Source of the DNA: Candidatus Altiarchaeales archaeon ex4484_2
Lineage (GTDB): Archaea; Altiarchaeota; Altiarchaeia; IMC4; QMZM01
Direction: 5' to 3'
DNA: 64,000 nt
Assembly: GCA_002254565.1 (NCBI GenBank)
Contig: NJEG01000015.1
Coordinates: forward strand, 4,726-68,725
The notes beneath the pieces were generated by a model, which worked only from the letters and a program-made list of their open reading frames with translations, made no database searches and had not been told where the DNA came from. The position numbers were made by a program, and so were the translations under genes. Below, piece after piece: positions 44,699 to 56,080 of the stretch. Numbering within the stretch: position 1 is the stretch's first letter; every line of letters starts with the position of its first letter.

Positions 44699-46621
44699 AT
44701 GGATGAAATCAACGAGGCTGAAAAGGATGCTGTGGGTAATAGCGTAAACAAGAGGGATATCACAGAGTTTGAGTCTTGGGAGGATTTCGAGTCCACAGAC
44801 CAGATTAAGATCCCTGAAAGGCTTATAGACCAGGTTATAGGACAGGATAAGGCGGTAAGCAAGATAAAGAAGGCCGCCAGACAGAGAAGGAATATCCTGC
44901 TCATAGGGGAGCCGGGCACCGGTAAATCCATGCTGGCCCTGGCCATGGCCCAGCTTCTACCCTCCGAGGAATTGGTTGATGTCCTGGTATACCCCAACGA
45001 GGAGGATGAAAACAACCCCCACATAAAAACCGCCCCGGCAGGGGAGGGAATCAAGATTATAAGAAAGGAAAGAGAAAGACGGGGGGATATGAAAAAACCC
45101 AACACAAACCAGTTCTTCCTGCCGTTCATTGTTTTCATGTCAGGGGTTATGCTTGGTCTGTTAACCGATGAGGACCTGATAGCTCTGGGGATTATGGGCA
45201 TGAGTTTCCTTTTGTTCATTATCTCGGGATTGAATCTGAGGTTTATGATGTCCTCCCAGAGCGGGCATGATATTCCAAAGATGATAGTGGATAATGCCAC
45301 GAAGAAAAAATCTCCATTCTATGACGGTACCGGCACACACGCCGGCGCTCTATTGGGGGATGTGAAACACGACCCCCTGCAAAGCGGGGGACTTGGGACT
45401 CCAGCACACCAGAGGGTTGTCTCAGGACTGATACATAAAGCCAACAAGGGCGTATTGTTCATAGACGAGATAGCGACACTAGGCAGGACACAACAGGATT
45501 TATTGACAGCTATGCAAGAGAAGCAGTTGTCCATAACAGGCAGGAGCGAGATGAGCTCTGGGGCGATGGTTATAACAGACCCTGTGCCGGCCGACTTCAT
45601 TCTTGTCGCCTCAGGCAACCTATCCGATGTGCAGAGCATGCACCCCGCCATGAGGTCGAGAATCAGAGGCTACGGGTATGAGGTATATATGGATGACACA
45701 ATAGATGATACGGAAGAAAACAGGAAAAAGCTTGTTCAGTTCGTAGCACAGGAAGTGAACAATGACGGGAAGATTCCGCACTTCACAAAGGATGCTGTGG
45801 GAGAGATTATAAGAGAAGCCAGGAGAAGAGCTGGCATGAAAAACAAGATGACCCTAAAATTCAGGGAGCTTGGTGGCATAGTAAGAGCTTCAGGGGATAT
45901 AGCCCAAGAAATAAATCATGAATACGTCACCGCAGAGGACGTTATCGAGGGTAAGAAGGCTGCGAAATCCCTGGAACAACAAGTAAGCAACGTCTACCTG
46001 GAGAGAAAGAGGGAATATAACATATTGATCACAGAAGGGGGGTTTGTTGGCAGAGTCAACGGATTAGCTGTTTTAGGTGAGGGAGGTACCGTGCTGCCTA
46101 TTGAGGCAGAGGTAACCCCCGGAGGTAAGAAGTCAGAAATCATTGCCACAGGCAAACTGGGGGATATAGCCAAGGAGGCTATACAGAATGTCTCAGCTGT
46201 TATAATGAAAATCTATGGAGAGGATATCAAGGAGAAATACGACATATTCGTGCAGTTCCTGCAGACCTACGAGGGAGTGGAGGGTGATTCCGCCTCTGTG
46301 AGCGTTGTCGTGGCCATGATTTCCGCGCTAAAGAATATCCCCGTGGACCAGAGCGTGGGCATGACCGGATCACTGACTGTTAGAGGAGAGGTTCTTCCCG
46401 TGGGAGGTGTAACCCAAAAGATTGAGGCGGGGATAGATGCTGGATTAAAGAGGGTTATCATACCCAAATCCAACGAGAAAGACGTTCTCTTAGAGAAGAG
46501 ATATGAGGGTATGATCGAGATCATGACCGCTGAAACCCTGGTTGATGTTTTAAGGCATTCCCTCATAGGAGGAGAGGATGTGTTGAAGCGGATGGAATAT
46601 ATCGAAGAACAGTCTGGATAA
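44699..46621 (+). CDS. lonB: Membrane-bound archaeal Lon protease (LonB)
   Basis: GEPGTGKS, two TM insert, FIDEI, VEGDSAS (catalytic Ser), GGVTQKIEA (catalytic Lys). Confidence 0.96.
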   Translation: MDEINEAEKDAVGNSVNKRDITEFESWEDFESTDQIKIPERLIDQVIGQDKAVSKIKKAARQRRNILLIGEPGTGKSMLALAMAQLLPSEELVDVLVYPNEEDENNPHIKTAPAGEGIKIIRKERERRGDMKKPNTNQFFLPFIVFMSGVMLGLLTDEDLIALGIMGMSFLLFIISGLNLRFMMSSQSGHDIPKMIVDNATKKKSPFYDGTGTHAGALLGDVKHDPLQSGGLGTPAHQRVVSGLIHKANKGVLFIDEIATLGRTQQDLLTAMQEKQLSITGRSEMSSGAMVITDPVPADFILVASGNLSDVQSMHPAMRSRIRGYGYEVYMDDTIDDTEENRKKLVQFVAQEVNNDGKIPHFTKDAVGEIIREARRRAGMKNKMTLKFRELGGIVRASGDIAQEINHEYVTAEDVIEGKKAAKSLEQQVSNVYLERKREYNILITEGGFVGRVNGLAVLGEGGTVLPIEAEVTPGGKKSEIIATGKLGDIAKEAIQNVSAVIMKIYGEDIKEKYDIFVQFLQTYEGVEGDSASVSVVVAMISALKNIPVDQSVGMTGSLTVRGEVLPVGGVTQKIEAGIDAGLKRVIIPKSNEKDVLLEKRYEGMIEIMTAETLVDVLRHSLIGGEDVLKRMEYIEEQSG

Positions 46622-46665
46622 ACACTTCTTCTCTTTTAATTATGAATACCTAAATAATATCCACA

Positions 46666-47595
46666 ATGGAGATAGAGGATTTATCTGGCGTAGGTGATAA
46701 GGTAGCGGAGAAACTCAGGGGCGCAGGTTTCTCCACGGTTGAATCAGTGGCAACAGCATCCGTCGGAGAGCTTAAGGCGGTTGGCCTAGGGGAAGCATCA
46801 GCAATTAAACTAATAAATAGTGCTCAGGAAGGCATAAACATGGGCTTCGAGACAGGCATGGACTTCAAGAAAAAAAGAGAGGCGATAGGGAAACTGAGCA
46901 CAGGAAGCAAGGAACTGGACACCCTATTGGGTGGGGGTGTTGAGACACAGGCCATAACAGAATTATTCGGTAAATACGGTTCAGGTAAAACACAGATAGC
47001 TCATCAGCTGGCGGTGAACGTCCAGCTACCCAAAAAGGAGGGGGGACTAGATGCTAACGCGATATACATTGACACGGAAAACACCTTCAGGCCGGAGAGG
47101 ATTATTCAGATGGCAGAGGCTAAAGGCTTGGACCCGGATGAAGTCCTGAAGAATACGCAGGTTGCGAGGGCATACAACTCAGACCACCAGATTATTCTAG
47201 CAGAGAAGGCAGCTGAAATAGCTGATGAACACAAAATCAAGGTTTTGGTCGTGGATTCATTGACTTCACACTTCAGGGCGGAATACACGGGAAGAGGCAG
47301 TCTGGCTGAGAGACAGCAGAAGCTGAACAGGTTCCTTCACCTGCTGCAGAGAAGCATTGGAGACCTCCATAATACTGCAGTTATAGTAACAAATCAGGTA
47401 ATGTCCAGACCAGATATAATGTTTGGAGATCCTACTACCCCAATCGGGGGGCATATTGTAGGACACACATCCACATTCAGGATTTATTTGAGGAAGGGTA
47501 AGGGAGAGCATAGAGTAGCTAAATTAATTGACTCACCTAATATGCCGGATGGGGAGTGTATATTTAGGATAACAGGGAATGGGATCGAGGATTAA
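46666..47595 (+). CDS. radA: Recombinase RadA
   Basis: N-terminal HhH domain, [28 protein letters not shown]. Confidence 0.97.
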   Translation: MEIEDLSGVGDKVAEKLRGAGFSTVESVATASVGELKAVGLGEASAIKLINSAQEGINMGFETGMDFKKKREAIGKLSTGSKELDTLLGGGVETQAITELFGKYGSGKTQIAHQLAVNVQLPKKEGGLDANAIYIDTENTFRPERIIQMAEAKGLDPDEVLKNTQVARAYNSDHQIILAEKAAEIADEHKIKVLVVDSLTSHFRAEYTGRGSLAERQQKLNRFLHLLQRSIGDLHNTAVIVTNQVMSRPDIMFGDPTTPIGGHIVGHTSTFRIYLRKGKGEHRVAKLIDSPNMPDGECIFRITGNGIED

Positions 47596-48350
47596 TCCAG
47601 TCTAAACATATCCAGCATATCTTTCTCGGTGAAATGCAATTCTCCTGGAACAACCAAGGAATGAGGGGGTCTGCCGAAATCCAAGTCCAACAATTCTTCC
47701 AGGGTACCCACCCGTATAAGGGAATCGCCTCCCAGCCTAGCGATACCCACAAGAGATAAATCATCTACTATTAACCTCTTTTTCTTTTCATCCTCCATTC
47801 TCAGCAACAACCTTAATCCCTCATTAACGGTCATGAACCTAGTTTCTTCTGACTTAACATCCAACAAAACCAGTGAATGCAACCCCAAATCATGATTATT
47901 CTTTATCACATCATAGGGTGATGTGGGGAAATAATCCCCCTGGGGGAAGGGTAATGTTGTTGTCTTACCAAACTTGTATATCTGCAATCCTGTTTCAGCG
48001 ACCGCAGAGTATATTGAGGATGAATGGATTATCTTAACCTCAACGCCCTTCTTCCTAGCCCTTAATATAACATCAGCGTGTGTGGTGGCAATCAGGGGAT
48101 CCCCACAGACAAGCAAAGCAACATCCTTGTGGGGGTTGGATAAAACATTTCCATCGATGTCTTCCTCTAGATCATATCTCCCCAGGACATTGATTTTTTT
48201 ACCAGCCCATTTCTCTATAACAGACAAGTCGCCGTTAAAGAAGCTTGTGTATAACTCTGCATAGACCACATTTACCTTCTTTAGTGTCTCAATGGCTTTA
48301 ATGCTGACATCTCCCTCGTCATGAATCCCTAGACCGATGAGATAAAGCAT
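47592..48350 (-). CDS. dph5: Diphthine synthase
   Basis: [38 protein letters not shown]. Confidence 0.95.
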   Translation of the reverse strand: MLYLIGLGIHDEGDVSIKAIETLKKVNVVYAELYTSFFNGDLSVIEKWAGKKINVLGRYDLEEDIDGNVLSNPHKDVALLVCGDPLIATTHADVILRARKKGVEVKIIHSSSIYSAVAETGLQIYKFGKTTTLPFPQGDYFPTSPYDVIKNNHDLGLHSLVLLDVKSEETRFMTVNEGLRLLLRMEDEKKKRLIVDDLSLVGIARLGGDSLIRVGTLEELLDLDFGRPPHSLVVPGELHFTEKDMLDMFRLD

Positions 48351-48403
48351 TTTTGTAGATGGGACTGAAAATTAATAAAAAAAAAGAAAAAAGAAAGGAG
48401 ATT

Positions 48404-51400
48404 TTAGTGTGCGTTCTCCTTCAACCACTGTATCAGCTGATCTCCTGCTTCTCTGGTGTCTGAGGCCAGGTAACCGGCAACCATAATCTTGTTACCGTCC
48501 TTGCTGACAATGTATTTGTCAGGGGATGCCTCAAGTTCTTCAGGGGTAACGGTGGACATTCCGTTCACCACAGGACCTCCAACGATTACGAGGTTCTTGG
48601 TGGTGTCGGCTCCTATCTCACTCACTACCAGGTTTCCGACGTCGTTAACAGTCACCTTGGTGTAGGACTCAGTGCCGTCTCCTCCAGATGCTTCCATGGT
48701 AAAGTTGCTTACCGTGAACTCACAGCATCCGGCTGATATTGTGTTCCCTACATCGGCTTCTGTTATCTCATCGTATACCACTGTCTCCTCTTCCTGCGTA
48801 CCGATAAAGAAGGTCGAGTCCACTGCAGACTGCGGGTGACATATCTCAACAGATGTTATCTCGTTGTCGGTTCCCCAGTCAATGGTGTAGGTATCTCCCC
48901 CTTCAGGTACGTAGAGGATACTGTCCTGGTCGTCGTCTATTACTTTAGTCGTTATAACATTGCTGTATATGTCATCCTGTAGAACACAGTCACTGAAGGA
49001 CACGTTGGTACAGTTGTAGGTTTTGTTCGTTGCCGGGTCAGCAAATACACACTCGTTAGCAGAGCCACCGTTGCTTCCGTTGACCAGACACTCTGTGGTG
49101 TATACTCCAACAGAGTGGGAATAGTCATCGTCTCCAAAGTCACCCTGACTTCTCTCTGACATGTCGATAACCACTCTCTCCCCGTCCTCGTTTTCTGCAT
49201 ATATAAGCAGGTCGTCTAAGTCTTCGTCATCGTTTATGTCCACACCTTCACTATCACCACATGCGGTTATGTTGTATATGTCTAGGTCAAGCTCTCTTTC
49301 AACCCACAGGTCCAGTTCGCTTCCGGAGTTCTCGAAGTCGTCGAAGGTAGATACTACCCCATCTTTAATTGGTGTCGCCAGATCAGGGTCAACAAGCAAC
49401 AGCGGCTTCGTGTGGTTGTATGCTGACGTACCCCACGGGTTTTTGAGAGACATTATTATGTCATCGTCACCAGCGTCGTAGATCAAAACCATCTCCACAT
49501 CGTTTACGGTTACATTAGCCCAGAAAAGATCGGATGCATCTTTCTCAACCTCTTCATCGCCAGCTTTGTTCAGGCTGCAGTCATCGTCGTTGAATGCATC
49601 AGACAAGGCAACAGTCCTGAAGACTACCTCATCAATCTCTTCACAGCTACAGGGCTGATTGGCTGCATCGTATTCGCCTGGATCTGTACCTGCGTCTGGC
49701 TGACCGTTGGTTAGACCCACATTACAGGCATACGCATTAGCGCTTTCATTATCAGTTTCAGTGTCGCACATGTGGTACAACGTGATCTCCTGCTTCGATC
49801 CAGAGCCTACTGGCTTGAGGTCAACCTCATAGGTATCAAGATTATCGTCGTCTTCGTCGTCAAGAGAAACGTCTATGAACTGGTACATCTTGCCGTTTAT
49901 GAGGAAGGCATCTTCATCACCGCTTTCCTCGAATGGTCCGTTGTCCAGTCTCAGATCATATCTGTTGTTTTTCTCGTCCGTTAAGCCCACAACAACCTGA
50001 TAAGGCTCTTCACCGGGAGCTACTACTATGTTTCCTTCACCGTCACCGGAGCAAACAGCCTCCCTGAACGCGGAACTCATATATCCCTTGAAGGTTAACT
50101 TAAAGTCTCCGGGAATATCGAAGTCGTCTCCGATTCTCAGTGCATGCCATAGCTCGTCATCCTGTCCCTCATCTACGTCCTCTGTTAGGGTTACAGTAAC
50201 CTGATCCAACACTAGATTGTTGTTTGCACCCAAGCCCTTATACTGGGTTATGTCTGTTTCGCAGTCGTTTGAACCATTGCATGGCACAGCGTCAACGCCT
50301 ACTTTCCAACCAGTCCAGGTTTCGTCTCCGATGGTAAGGAATTCATCGTCCTCAAGAACCAGCTGGTTCTCTATGTCGTAGACTATGATGGATGCTGTCT
50401 CAACTCCGCCTGAGGACTCCGCATATACTCCGGAAATCTCCAGCTGATCTACCACAGCGTTACCCATCTTGGATATCTGCCTCTGCACTTCCGTCCCATC
50501 TGGTTTCTGTACAGTCAACAGGATACCTGCCACAACATACTCTCCAGAGTATATAAGGTGGTCTATCTTAAACTTGTACCCTTTGTACTCGGAGGTGTAT
50601 CCTTCGCTTGTTATGTCATCCAGCCTGGCACCGTCAGCCAGTATTATCTTGTCTTCACCGTCTATCTCTTTCACGTAGTACTCCTTGCCGAAGAATAGCA
50701 TCTTACCCCTGTACTCGAAGTCAACCCAAGCATCACTGCCTGTTCCACTAGCACTAATCATTTTCTGCATGGGGATCCATCCAGCCTTCAGTATGTACTT
50801 TATGGATTGTTCTTCAAGTGCCATCTCCAGGTACTCTGGATCATCCTTACCTATGCCGTTCTCATAGTACCACATGCTGCTGGGGTCTATGTAGAGCTTT
50901 TCCTTCATAGTGTGGGATGGGTTCTCCAGCGCCTCCAGACACAATGTATGACAAAACAAACAGTGTATGTTGTTGGAGGACATGGTCTGTAGAACTGTTG
51001 CCTCAGAAAGCTCCTCGGTATCACAGGATATAGCGTACTGTGTGAAGTCGCCTGGCTCATATGTCTTGCTGCTGTCGCTGAACTGGTACTGTGGGAACGC
51101 ATCGTCCTGATCATAGAAGTCCGCGCTTATTTCAACATCGGTATCCTGTATGTATTCACCGATTGCTCCGAGAGCTGCTGTCTCAATCAAGACCTTGCCT
51201 GTTGCTCCAGCTGCTCCTCCTCCTGCAGTAGCTGCCTCTTCCATGTAGGCCAGGTTTCCGACGGTTGCAGCAATGTTTCCTGCTGTCACAAAGTCGTCTG
51301 GTCCTCCTGCATTGGCTTTCTCTCCAACTACTATCTGCACTTTGGGCATGTAGCTGCTGTCATAGAAAAAGCTCGTGTCTATTCCTGTGGAATCCATTCC

Positions 51401-51487
51401 CGCAAGAACTGGTGTAACAAGTGAAGCTCCTATCATCGCTGCTCCAGCTGCTACTGTTCCTATCTTCTTAAAGTCCATAGATTTCAA
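48404..51487 (-). CDS. S-layer protein (S-layer N/C domain type), acidic and Cys-rich
   Basis: KKIGTVAAGAAMIGA signal peptide, IVVGEKA, C-terminal NLVIVGGPVVN and VAGY..DT. Confidence 0.88.
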   Translation of the reverse strand: MKSMDFKKIGTVAAGAAMIGASLVTPVLAGMDSTGIDTSFFYDSSYMPKVQIVVGEKANAGGPDDFVTAGNIAATVGNLAYMEEAATAGGGAAGATGKVLIETAALGAIGEYIQDTDVEISADFYDQDDAFPQYQFSDSSKTYEPGDFTQYAISCDTEELSEATVLQTMSSNNIHCLFCHTLCLEALENPSHTMKEKLYIDPSSMWYYENGIGKDDPEYLEMALEEQSIKYILKAGWIPMQKMISASGTGSDAWVDFEYRGKMLFFGKEYYVKEIDGEDKIILADGARLDDITSEGYTSEYKGYKFKIDHLIYSGEYVVAGILLTVQKPDGTEVQRQISKMGNAVVDQLEISGVYAESSGGVETASIIVYDIENQLVLEDDEFLTIGDETWTGWKVGVDAVPCNGSNDCETDITQYKGLGANNNLVLDQVTVTLTEDVDEGQDDELWHALRIGDDFDIPGDFKLTFKGYMSSAFREAVCSGDGEGNIVVAPGEEPYQVVVGLTDEKNNRYDLRLDNGPFEESGDEDAFLINGKMYQFIDVSLDDEDDDNLDTYEVDLKPVGSGSKQEITLYHMCDTETDNESANAYACNVGLTNGQPDAGTDPGEYDAANQPCSCEEIDEVVFRTVALSDAFNDDDCSLNKAGDEEVEKDASDLFWANVTVNDVEMVLIYDAGDDDIIMSLKNPWGTSAYNHTKPLLLVDPDLATPIKDGVVSTFDDFENSGSELDLWVERELDLDIYNITACGDSEGVDINDDEDLDDLLIYAENEDGERVVIDMSERSQGDFGDDDYSHSVGVYTTECLVNGSNGGSANECVFADPATNKTYNCTNVSFSDCVLQDDIYSNVITTKVIDDDQDSILYVPEGGDTYTIDWGTDNEITSVEICHPQSAVDSTFFIGTQEEETVVYDEITEADVGNTISAGCCEFTVSNFTMEASGGDGTESYTKVTVNDVGNLVVSEIGADTTKNLVIVGGPVVNGMSTVTPEELEASPDKYIVSKDGNKIMVAGYLASDTREAGDQLIQWLKENAH

Positions 51488-51565
51488 TTTTCTTCATCAC
51501 CTTTGTTTTTTTATTTGTTATAGACCCGTATCTCAGATCTATACTAAATAAGAAAGTATTCAGAT

Positions 51566-51656
51566 TATATATATGTGTAAACGAACAATAGAGGGCTTAT
51601 CTGGTGATTTATTATTTTAAACGTTCGGTTACACTTTAATTGGATATTAAACGTTC
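51566..51656 (-). promoter_or_regulatory. Putative S-layer promoter: TATA box plus three phased TAAACG(TT/AA)C repeats
   Basis: TATATATAT at 51566-51574; repeats at 51578, 51618 and 51648. Confidence 0.4.
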
Positions 51657-51669
51657 ATATAGCTTTTAT

Positions 51670-52611
51670 TTAGCCAAAAACCCATTTTTGAAGCTTTACC
51701 CACTTAGTTCTCCCGTCTTTGCGTCTTTTTAGTATATTCCGCCTCTCTAAACGGTTTATTACTTCTGAAAGTGTTGATTTAGGTATTCCAGTTGATTTAT
51801 AGATGTAAGCTTGAGTTATCTCATCATTAGAGGACTCGAGCATCTCGACTATTCTGCCCTCGTTTTCATCCAGTGTATTCTTTATAGAATCCATCACCAT
51901 AAAGCCCTTAATCTGCTCCCTGCCAGTTACCAGATCCTCCAAAGAATCAGTGTCCTGCCCGCTACCCCGTATCCAGAAAAACAATACTAACACAATCAAA
52001 ACCAAAAAACCCAGAACAATATGAAACTCATTTAATGTTGTTAGAGTAGTGGAATTTGTCTGCTGCAGTTCATAATTTATCCTGAAAGAAAACACATCAG
52101 AATCAGGATATACCAGTAAACCGTTCTCTATAGGAGAGAATAGGATGTCCCCCGAGAGAGGTAGTATCTTTGTGGCAGGGGGAAAATGCAGGTATATCAA
52201 GGTATGTCGCTGATTAGCTGATGTTGAATAACGCACAGTCCACTTGGAACCGTTCTTTCCCACTAAATGATCGGTTGAGTAATAAAGACGCACCTGATTC
52301 CCTTCACCACCCAGAAACTTAACAAACACCCTATCCCCCATACTCTCAGTAGTATAGATCAGTTCCTCATCATTGACCCCAACCACTCTTAAATCATCCA
52401 CTGGACAGGGAATAACCGCCCCTGCTGTTTCATCACTTAAGGTTAAGGCCTTCTCCACATCAACAAACCCGTTTTCCTTAATATCAAGGCTTATGTAATC
52501 AACAGAAGAGATTCCAAACTCATTAGAATACACGCCAAGATTAGAGACCTGAGCAAGGGATAAGTGCACAAAAAAAAGGGTAATCAATAAGTATCTTATT
52601 ATGGATTTCAT
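51670..52611 (-). CDS. Membrane-tethered winged-helix transcriptional regulator (extracellular domain, TM, wHTH)
   Basis: Signal peptide; single TM; ITQAYI..TGIPKSTLSEVINRLERRNIL.RRKDGRTK. Confidence 0.8.
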   Translation of the reverse strand: MKSIIRYLLITLFFVHLSLAQVSNLGVYSNEFGISSVDYISLDIKENGFVDVEKALTLSDETAGAVIPCPVDDLRVVGVNDEELIYTTESMGDRVFVKFLGGEGNQVRLYYSTDHLVGKNGSKWTVRYSTSANQRHTLIYLHFPPATKILPLSGDILFSPIENGLLVYPDSDVFSFRINYELQQTNSTTLTTLNEFHIVLGFLVLIVLVLFFWIRGSGQDTDSLEDLVTGREQIKGFMVMDSIKNTLDENEGRIVEMLESSNDEITQAYIYKSTGIPKSTLSEVINRLERRNILKRRKDGRTKWVKLQKWVFG

Positions 52612-52627
52612 GTTTCCTTCATCAAGT

Positions 52628-53128
52628 TTACATGCTACGACCTTCATCTGCCTCGCTGAGAATCTTTTGGTAAAGCCTTTTTCTTTCATCATCCTTTAAG
52701 AGAGACATAATCTGCGAGGCATAAGACTGACTAACCTCGGAAACATCAGCCAGTATGGAATGCATCTCATCCAATGACAGGCTTACACTATGTGGTTCAA
52801 TTATTTCAATAGCAGAAGGCCCATATCTCATAACAATTGAGATAAACCATCTGAAATCCCTCACCAGAAATTTTATCTCCGCAACACCTGAAAAGTAATC
52901 ACCTGATTCATCCTTTTTTATGTCAAAAAACCGCACCCTCAAGACGTCAACATATTTCTCCCCCACCAGATTACCGAATATTGTGGTCTCAAGCGCCTTC
53001 TCAGCAGCCTCCTGGTCGTTGCCCTGAACCTCGATATATGCTCTCCCCAGAATAAACCCCCCACTCAACTTCTTGGACAAATCAATATCTTCATTGAATT
53101 TCCTGTCAATCAACGGTTCATTGCTCAT
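52628..53128 (-). CDS. Hypothetical archaeal protein
   Basis: 166-aa ORF in an operon-like arrangement; MRYGPSAIEIIEP motif. Confidence 0.7.
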   Translation of the reverse strand: MSNEPLIDRKFNEDIDLSKKLSGGFILGRAYIEVQGNDQEAAEKALETTIFGNLVGEKYVDVLRVRFFDIKKDESGDYFSGVAEIKFLVRDFRWFISIVMRYGPSAIEIIEPHSVSLSLDEMHSILADVSEVSQSYASQIMSLLKDDERKRLYQKILSEADEGRSM

Positions 53129-53160
53129 TGTTCAATGTATTGTATTTCAATGTAAAAATA

Positions 53161-53892
53161 TTATCCAGTGTTTTCTATTAACTCCTTCAGAGCCGCAACC
53201 CTCTCTCTCCTGATGGAGCCATCCACCCTGTCCCCCCGGGAGCAGACAGCACCCCTAACCCCCAGTATATCAATACCGGCATCAAGGATGGCTTTAACAT
53301 CTGCTCCATCCAGCGAGCCGCCTACCGCAACCAGAAGACCTCTCTCATGTGCTACACCAGCTAATCCGGCTAAATCCCCGCAAGACAGGTGGTCAAAGAG
53401 ATTCCTGCCATCCTTTAAGGCAGTGTCAAGCATGTAAACATCAGCTCCTGCCTTAACAGAGGCCCTCAGAACATCCTTAGGGGATATTGAATCAATCAGT
53501 TCATAGTCTGCATAACCTGCAACAACAACCTTCGCATCAGTATTACACCCCCTAACTGACTTTACAACAGATGATGCAATATCCAAACCCTGGGAGAAAT
53601 TTTTAGCACCATATAATCCTATTTTCACGTAATTCACTCCCAGAGACGCAGCACCCCTAGCAGCCAGTGAAGCTGTTCCAGGCAGGTAGGGGAAATCACC
53701 TACGGCAGCGCTTACCTCCCTTGCTGCCGGAACCACCCCCTGGATTTCAGATATAACCCAGGGGTAATTAGCACCCAACGAGCCCTCATCCGGGTTTTTG
53801 ACATCTATTATATCCGCACCACCCTGAACTGCTTCCACCGCCTCAGCCCTGTTTCTTGGACTAACCAAAAGCCTCATTTTTAGAAACCTCAA
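53161..53892 (-). CDS. mfnB: (5-formylfuran-3-yl)methyl phosphate synthase (methanofuran biosynthesis)
   Basis: LLVSP..EA, GGADIIDVKNPDEGSLGA, PGTASLA, MLDTALKDG, GVRGAVC. Confidence 0.93.
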   Translation of the reverse strand: MRFLKMRLLVSPRNRAEAVEAVQGGADIIDVKNPDEGSLGANYPWVISEIQGVVPAAREVSAAVGDFPYLPGTASLAARGAASLGVNYVKIGLYGAKNFSQGLDIASSVVKSVRGCNTDAKVVVAGYADYELIDSISPKDVLRASVKAGADVYMLDTALKDGRNLFDHLSCGDLAGLAGVAHERGLLVAVGGSLDGADVKAILDAGIDILGVRGAVCSRGDRVDGSIRRERVAALKELIENTG

Positions 53893-53919
53893 CCATAGTA
53901 ATAATATAGGTGTTTATCT

Positions 53920-54372
53920 ATGAATTTGCTTGCTGATATAAGACTCAGGTGGTATGATGACAGCAGCCTTATGCTTGAGGACGAGAGAGAGCTTATAGCG
54001 TTGTTCCTTGACACCCTAGGGGTTAGCAGGGAGACAGCGATTGATATATTCGAGGCCCTTCTTAAGGCAAAGAAAAGGGATATGGGATTAACAAGCGATG
54101 AGTTAAGGGATGAAATAATCAGGTTGAGAGAGAATAGGGGAAAAAAGAACATAGAGAAGGGTTTAACTATGAGGAACCTGCAGATTTGGCTGAGGTTTTA
54201 TAGGGATATAGAGCTCGTGGAAAGGTTTGGTTCAAGATACAGGTTCGCTAAAAACAAGAAACCAAGCCAGGCATTCAGGGACTACACCAAGCCGGAGGTC
54301 ATAGATAAAAGCTCTGACTTCATGTACCGCCTTCTAAAGGAGATAGAGAATAGATATGGAGTCAAAAAATAA
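53920..54372 (+). CDS. Hypothetical winged-helix-like protein
   Basis: LTSDEL...NLQIWLR....ELVER..RYRF pattern; overlaps the start of the next gene. Confidence 0.6.
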   Translation: MNLLADIRLRWYDDSSLMLEDERELIALFLDTLGVSRETAIDIFEALLKAKKRDMGLTSDELRDEIIRLRENRGKKNIEKGLTMRNLQIWLRFYRDIELVERFGSRYRFAKNKKPSQAFRDYTKPEVIDKSSDFMYRLLKEIENRYGVKK

Positions 54373-55300
54373 GTGCTCCAGATGCAACAGGGATTCTGTT
54401 ACAGAATTAAGCTACCTCGGGGAATCGCTTTGCAAAAGATGCTTCAGCCAGCTATTTGAGAAGAGGGTGAAGAAGACGGTGAGGTTGAATAAGCTCTTGG
54501 CGCGAGATGATAGGATAGGTGTTGCCTTATCAGGGGGAAAGGATTCTGCCGTAGCACTCTACATAATGAAAAAGCTGGTGGACAGTGTTCCCTCCTCGGA
54601 GTTGGTTGCTTACAGCATAGATGAGGGTATTGAAGGCTTCAGGGATAAATCAATTAAGGCAGCATCCGGATTATGTGAACAGCTTGAAATAGAGCATCGG
54701 GTTTATTCATTCAGGGAGAGTTACGGGTTCACCATAGACGAACTCGTTGGGAAACCAGGCCCAGATAAGAGAGCGCCCGTATGCAGCTATTGTGGTGTCT
54801 TAAGGCGGAAGCTTCTAAACGAGAAGGGCAGGGATTTAAGCCTGGATAAGATTGTTACAGGTCATAACCTGGATGATGAAGTACAGACCTCGCTTATGAA
54901 CTACATCAGGGGGGATTTAGAGCGTATAGAGAGGATGGGAGCCAACGTCGGGGTTCTAAAAGATGCCGGCTTTGTTCCGAGAATTAAACCTTTAAGGGAA
55001 TGCCCTGTAGAGGAAATCCTTGAATACGCCAAGATAAAGGAGATACCCTTCTATTCTAAAAGATGTCCCTACTCAGGGGAGGCGTTCAGACAGACTATCC
55101 GAAAGGTTATTGATTTATTGGAGGATAATCACCCAGGCAGCAGGTTCCAGATACTCAACTCCACCGACAACCTCACAAAGAAGCTTAAGGCGAACAGAGT
55201 ATACGGTAAAATAAACCAGTGCATCATATGCGGGTACCCTACCTCAAAAGAGAAATGCAGGGCCTGCCAGATAGCAGAGGAACTCGGATTAGACAACTAA
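54356..55300 (+). CDS. tRNA 2-thiolation enzyme (NcsA/TtuA, TIGR00269 family)
   Basis: N- and C-terminal Zn fingers, SGGKDS PP-loop, CSYCGVLRR, TGHNLDD, CPY. Confidence 0.92.
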   Translation: MESKNKCSRCNRDSVTELSYLGESLCKRCFSQLFEKRVKKTVRLNKLLARDDRIGVALSGGKDSAVALYIMKKLVDSVPSSELVAYSIDEGIEGFRDKSIKAASGLCEQLEIEHRVYSFRESYGFTIDELVGKPGPDKRAPVCSYCGVLRRKLLNEKGRDLSLDKIVTGHNLDDEVQTSLMNYIRGDLERIERMGANVGVLKDAGFVPRIKPLRECPVEEILEYAKIKEIPFYSKRCPYSGEAFRQTIRKVIDLLEDNHPGSRFQILNSTDNLTKKLKANRVYGKINQCIICGYPTSKEKCRACQIAEELGLDN

Positions 55301-55318
55301 AACATACCCCCCATACCG

Positions 55319-56055
55319 TCAATAGGGGGTGGGAAGTGGCCTCTGCATCATGTAAAAGAGGAGGAATACCACACATAAGACCATGAAAACGAAGGATGCC
55401 AGACCATACATTAATCCAAGGATTAAACCAGAACGGTAGATGTTCACCTGCTCTGTCTCCGCAACTAAGGTGAATGCAGTAGCCATAAATAACATTACCA
55501 CAAGCATGATTGGTATAATCACCAAACCTATAGCACTCATCATTAAAAAAAAGTTAAATAATCAGAGTAAAAAAAGAAACCCAAGCTCTTCAAAGTCGCA
55601 CCTATAGTGCCAGAGACTGATCCTACAACAGATGTTACCACAAACATGACACCATAAGATATAGCACACAGTATAACAAAACAGCTACCAATGAAACCCA
55701 GAATACCGCATTCCTCGCTAAACGAACCACTGCCCTTGAAAACAACCGAGGCAACCCTCATGAACGCTGTTGAAACAAGCAGTATAATAACCAAGGCCAG
55801 TGGTGCGCCAACAAGAAAAATAGCCCCAGAAATCAAGAGACTTATCAATCCAGCCATTAAATCCCCTAAAGCAGCGATCAGGGAAAAAAGTGAAAAAAAC
55901 AGAAAAGCAATCAAACCCAAAAGGAAACCAACATAGGCAGTAGACAATATACCCTCCCTCAGATCCGGCTTCCTTGACCTGAATTCTTCAACAACAGACT
56001 CCGGCTTAAACAAAAGCCTGAACCAGATGATTAGATAATCAATTAAAAAAGACAT
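55319..56055 (-). CDS. Yip1-like multi-TM protein split into two ORFs at a T8 homopolymer (55545-55552)
   Basis: LLFKP..VEEF start followed by TMs. The second ORF supplies two more TMs; one extra T fuses the frames. Confidence 0.65.
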
Positions 56056-56080
56056 TTTAACCGGTTAATTGATTGCATAA

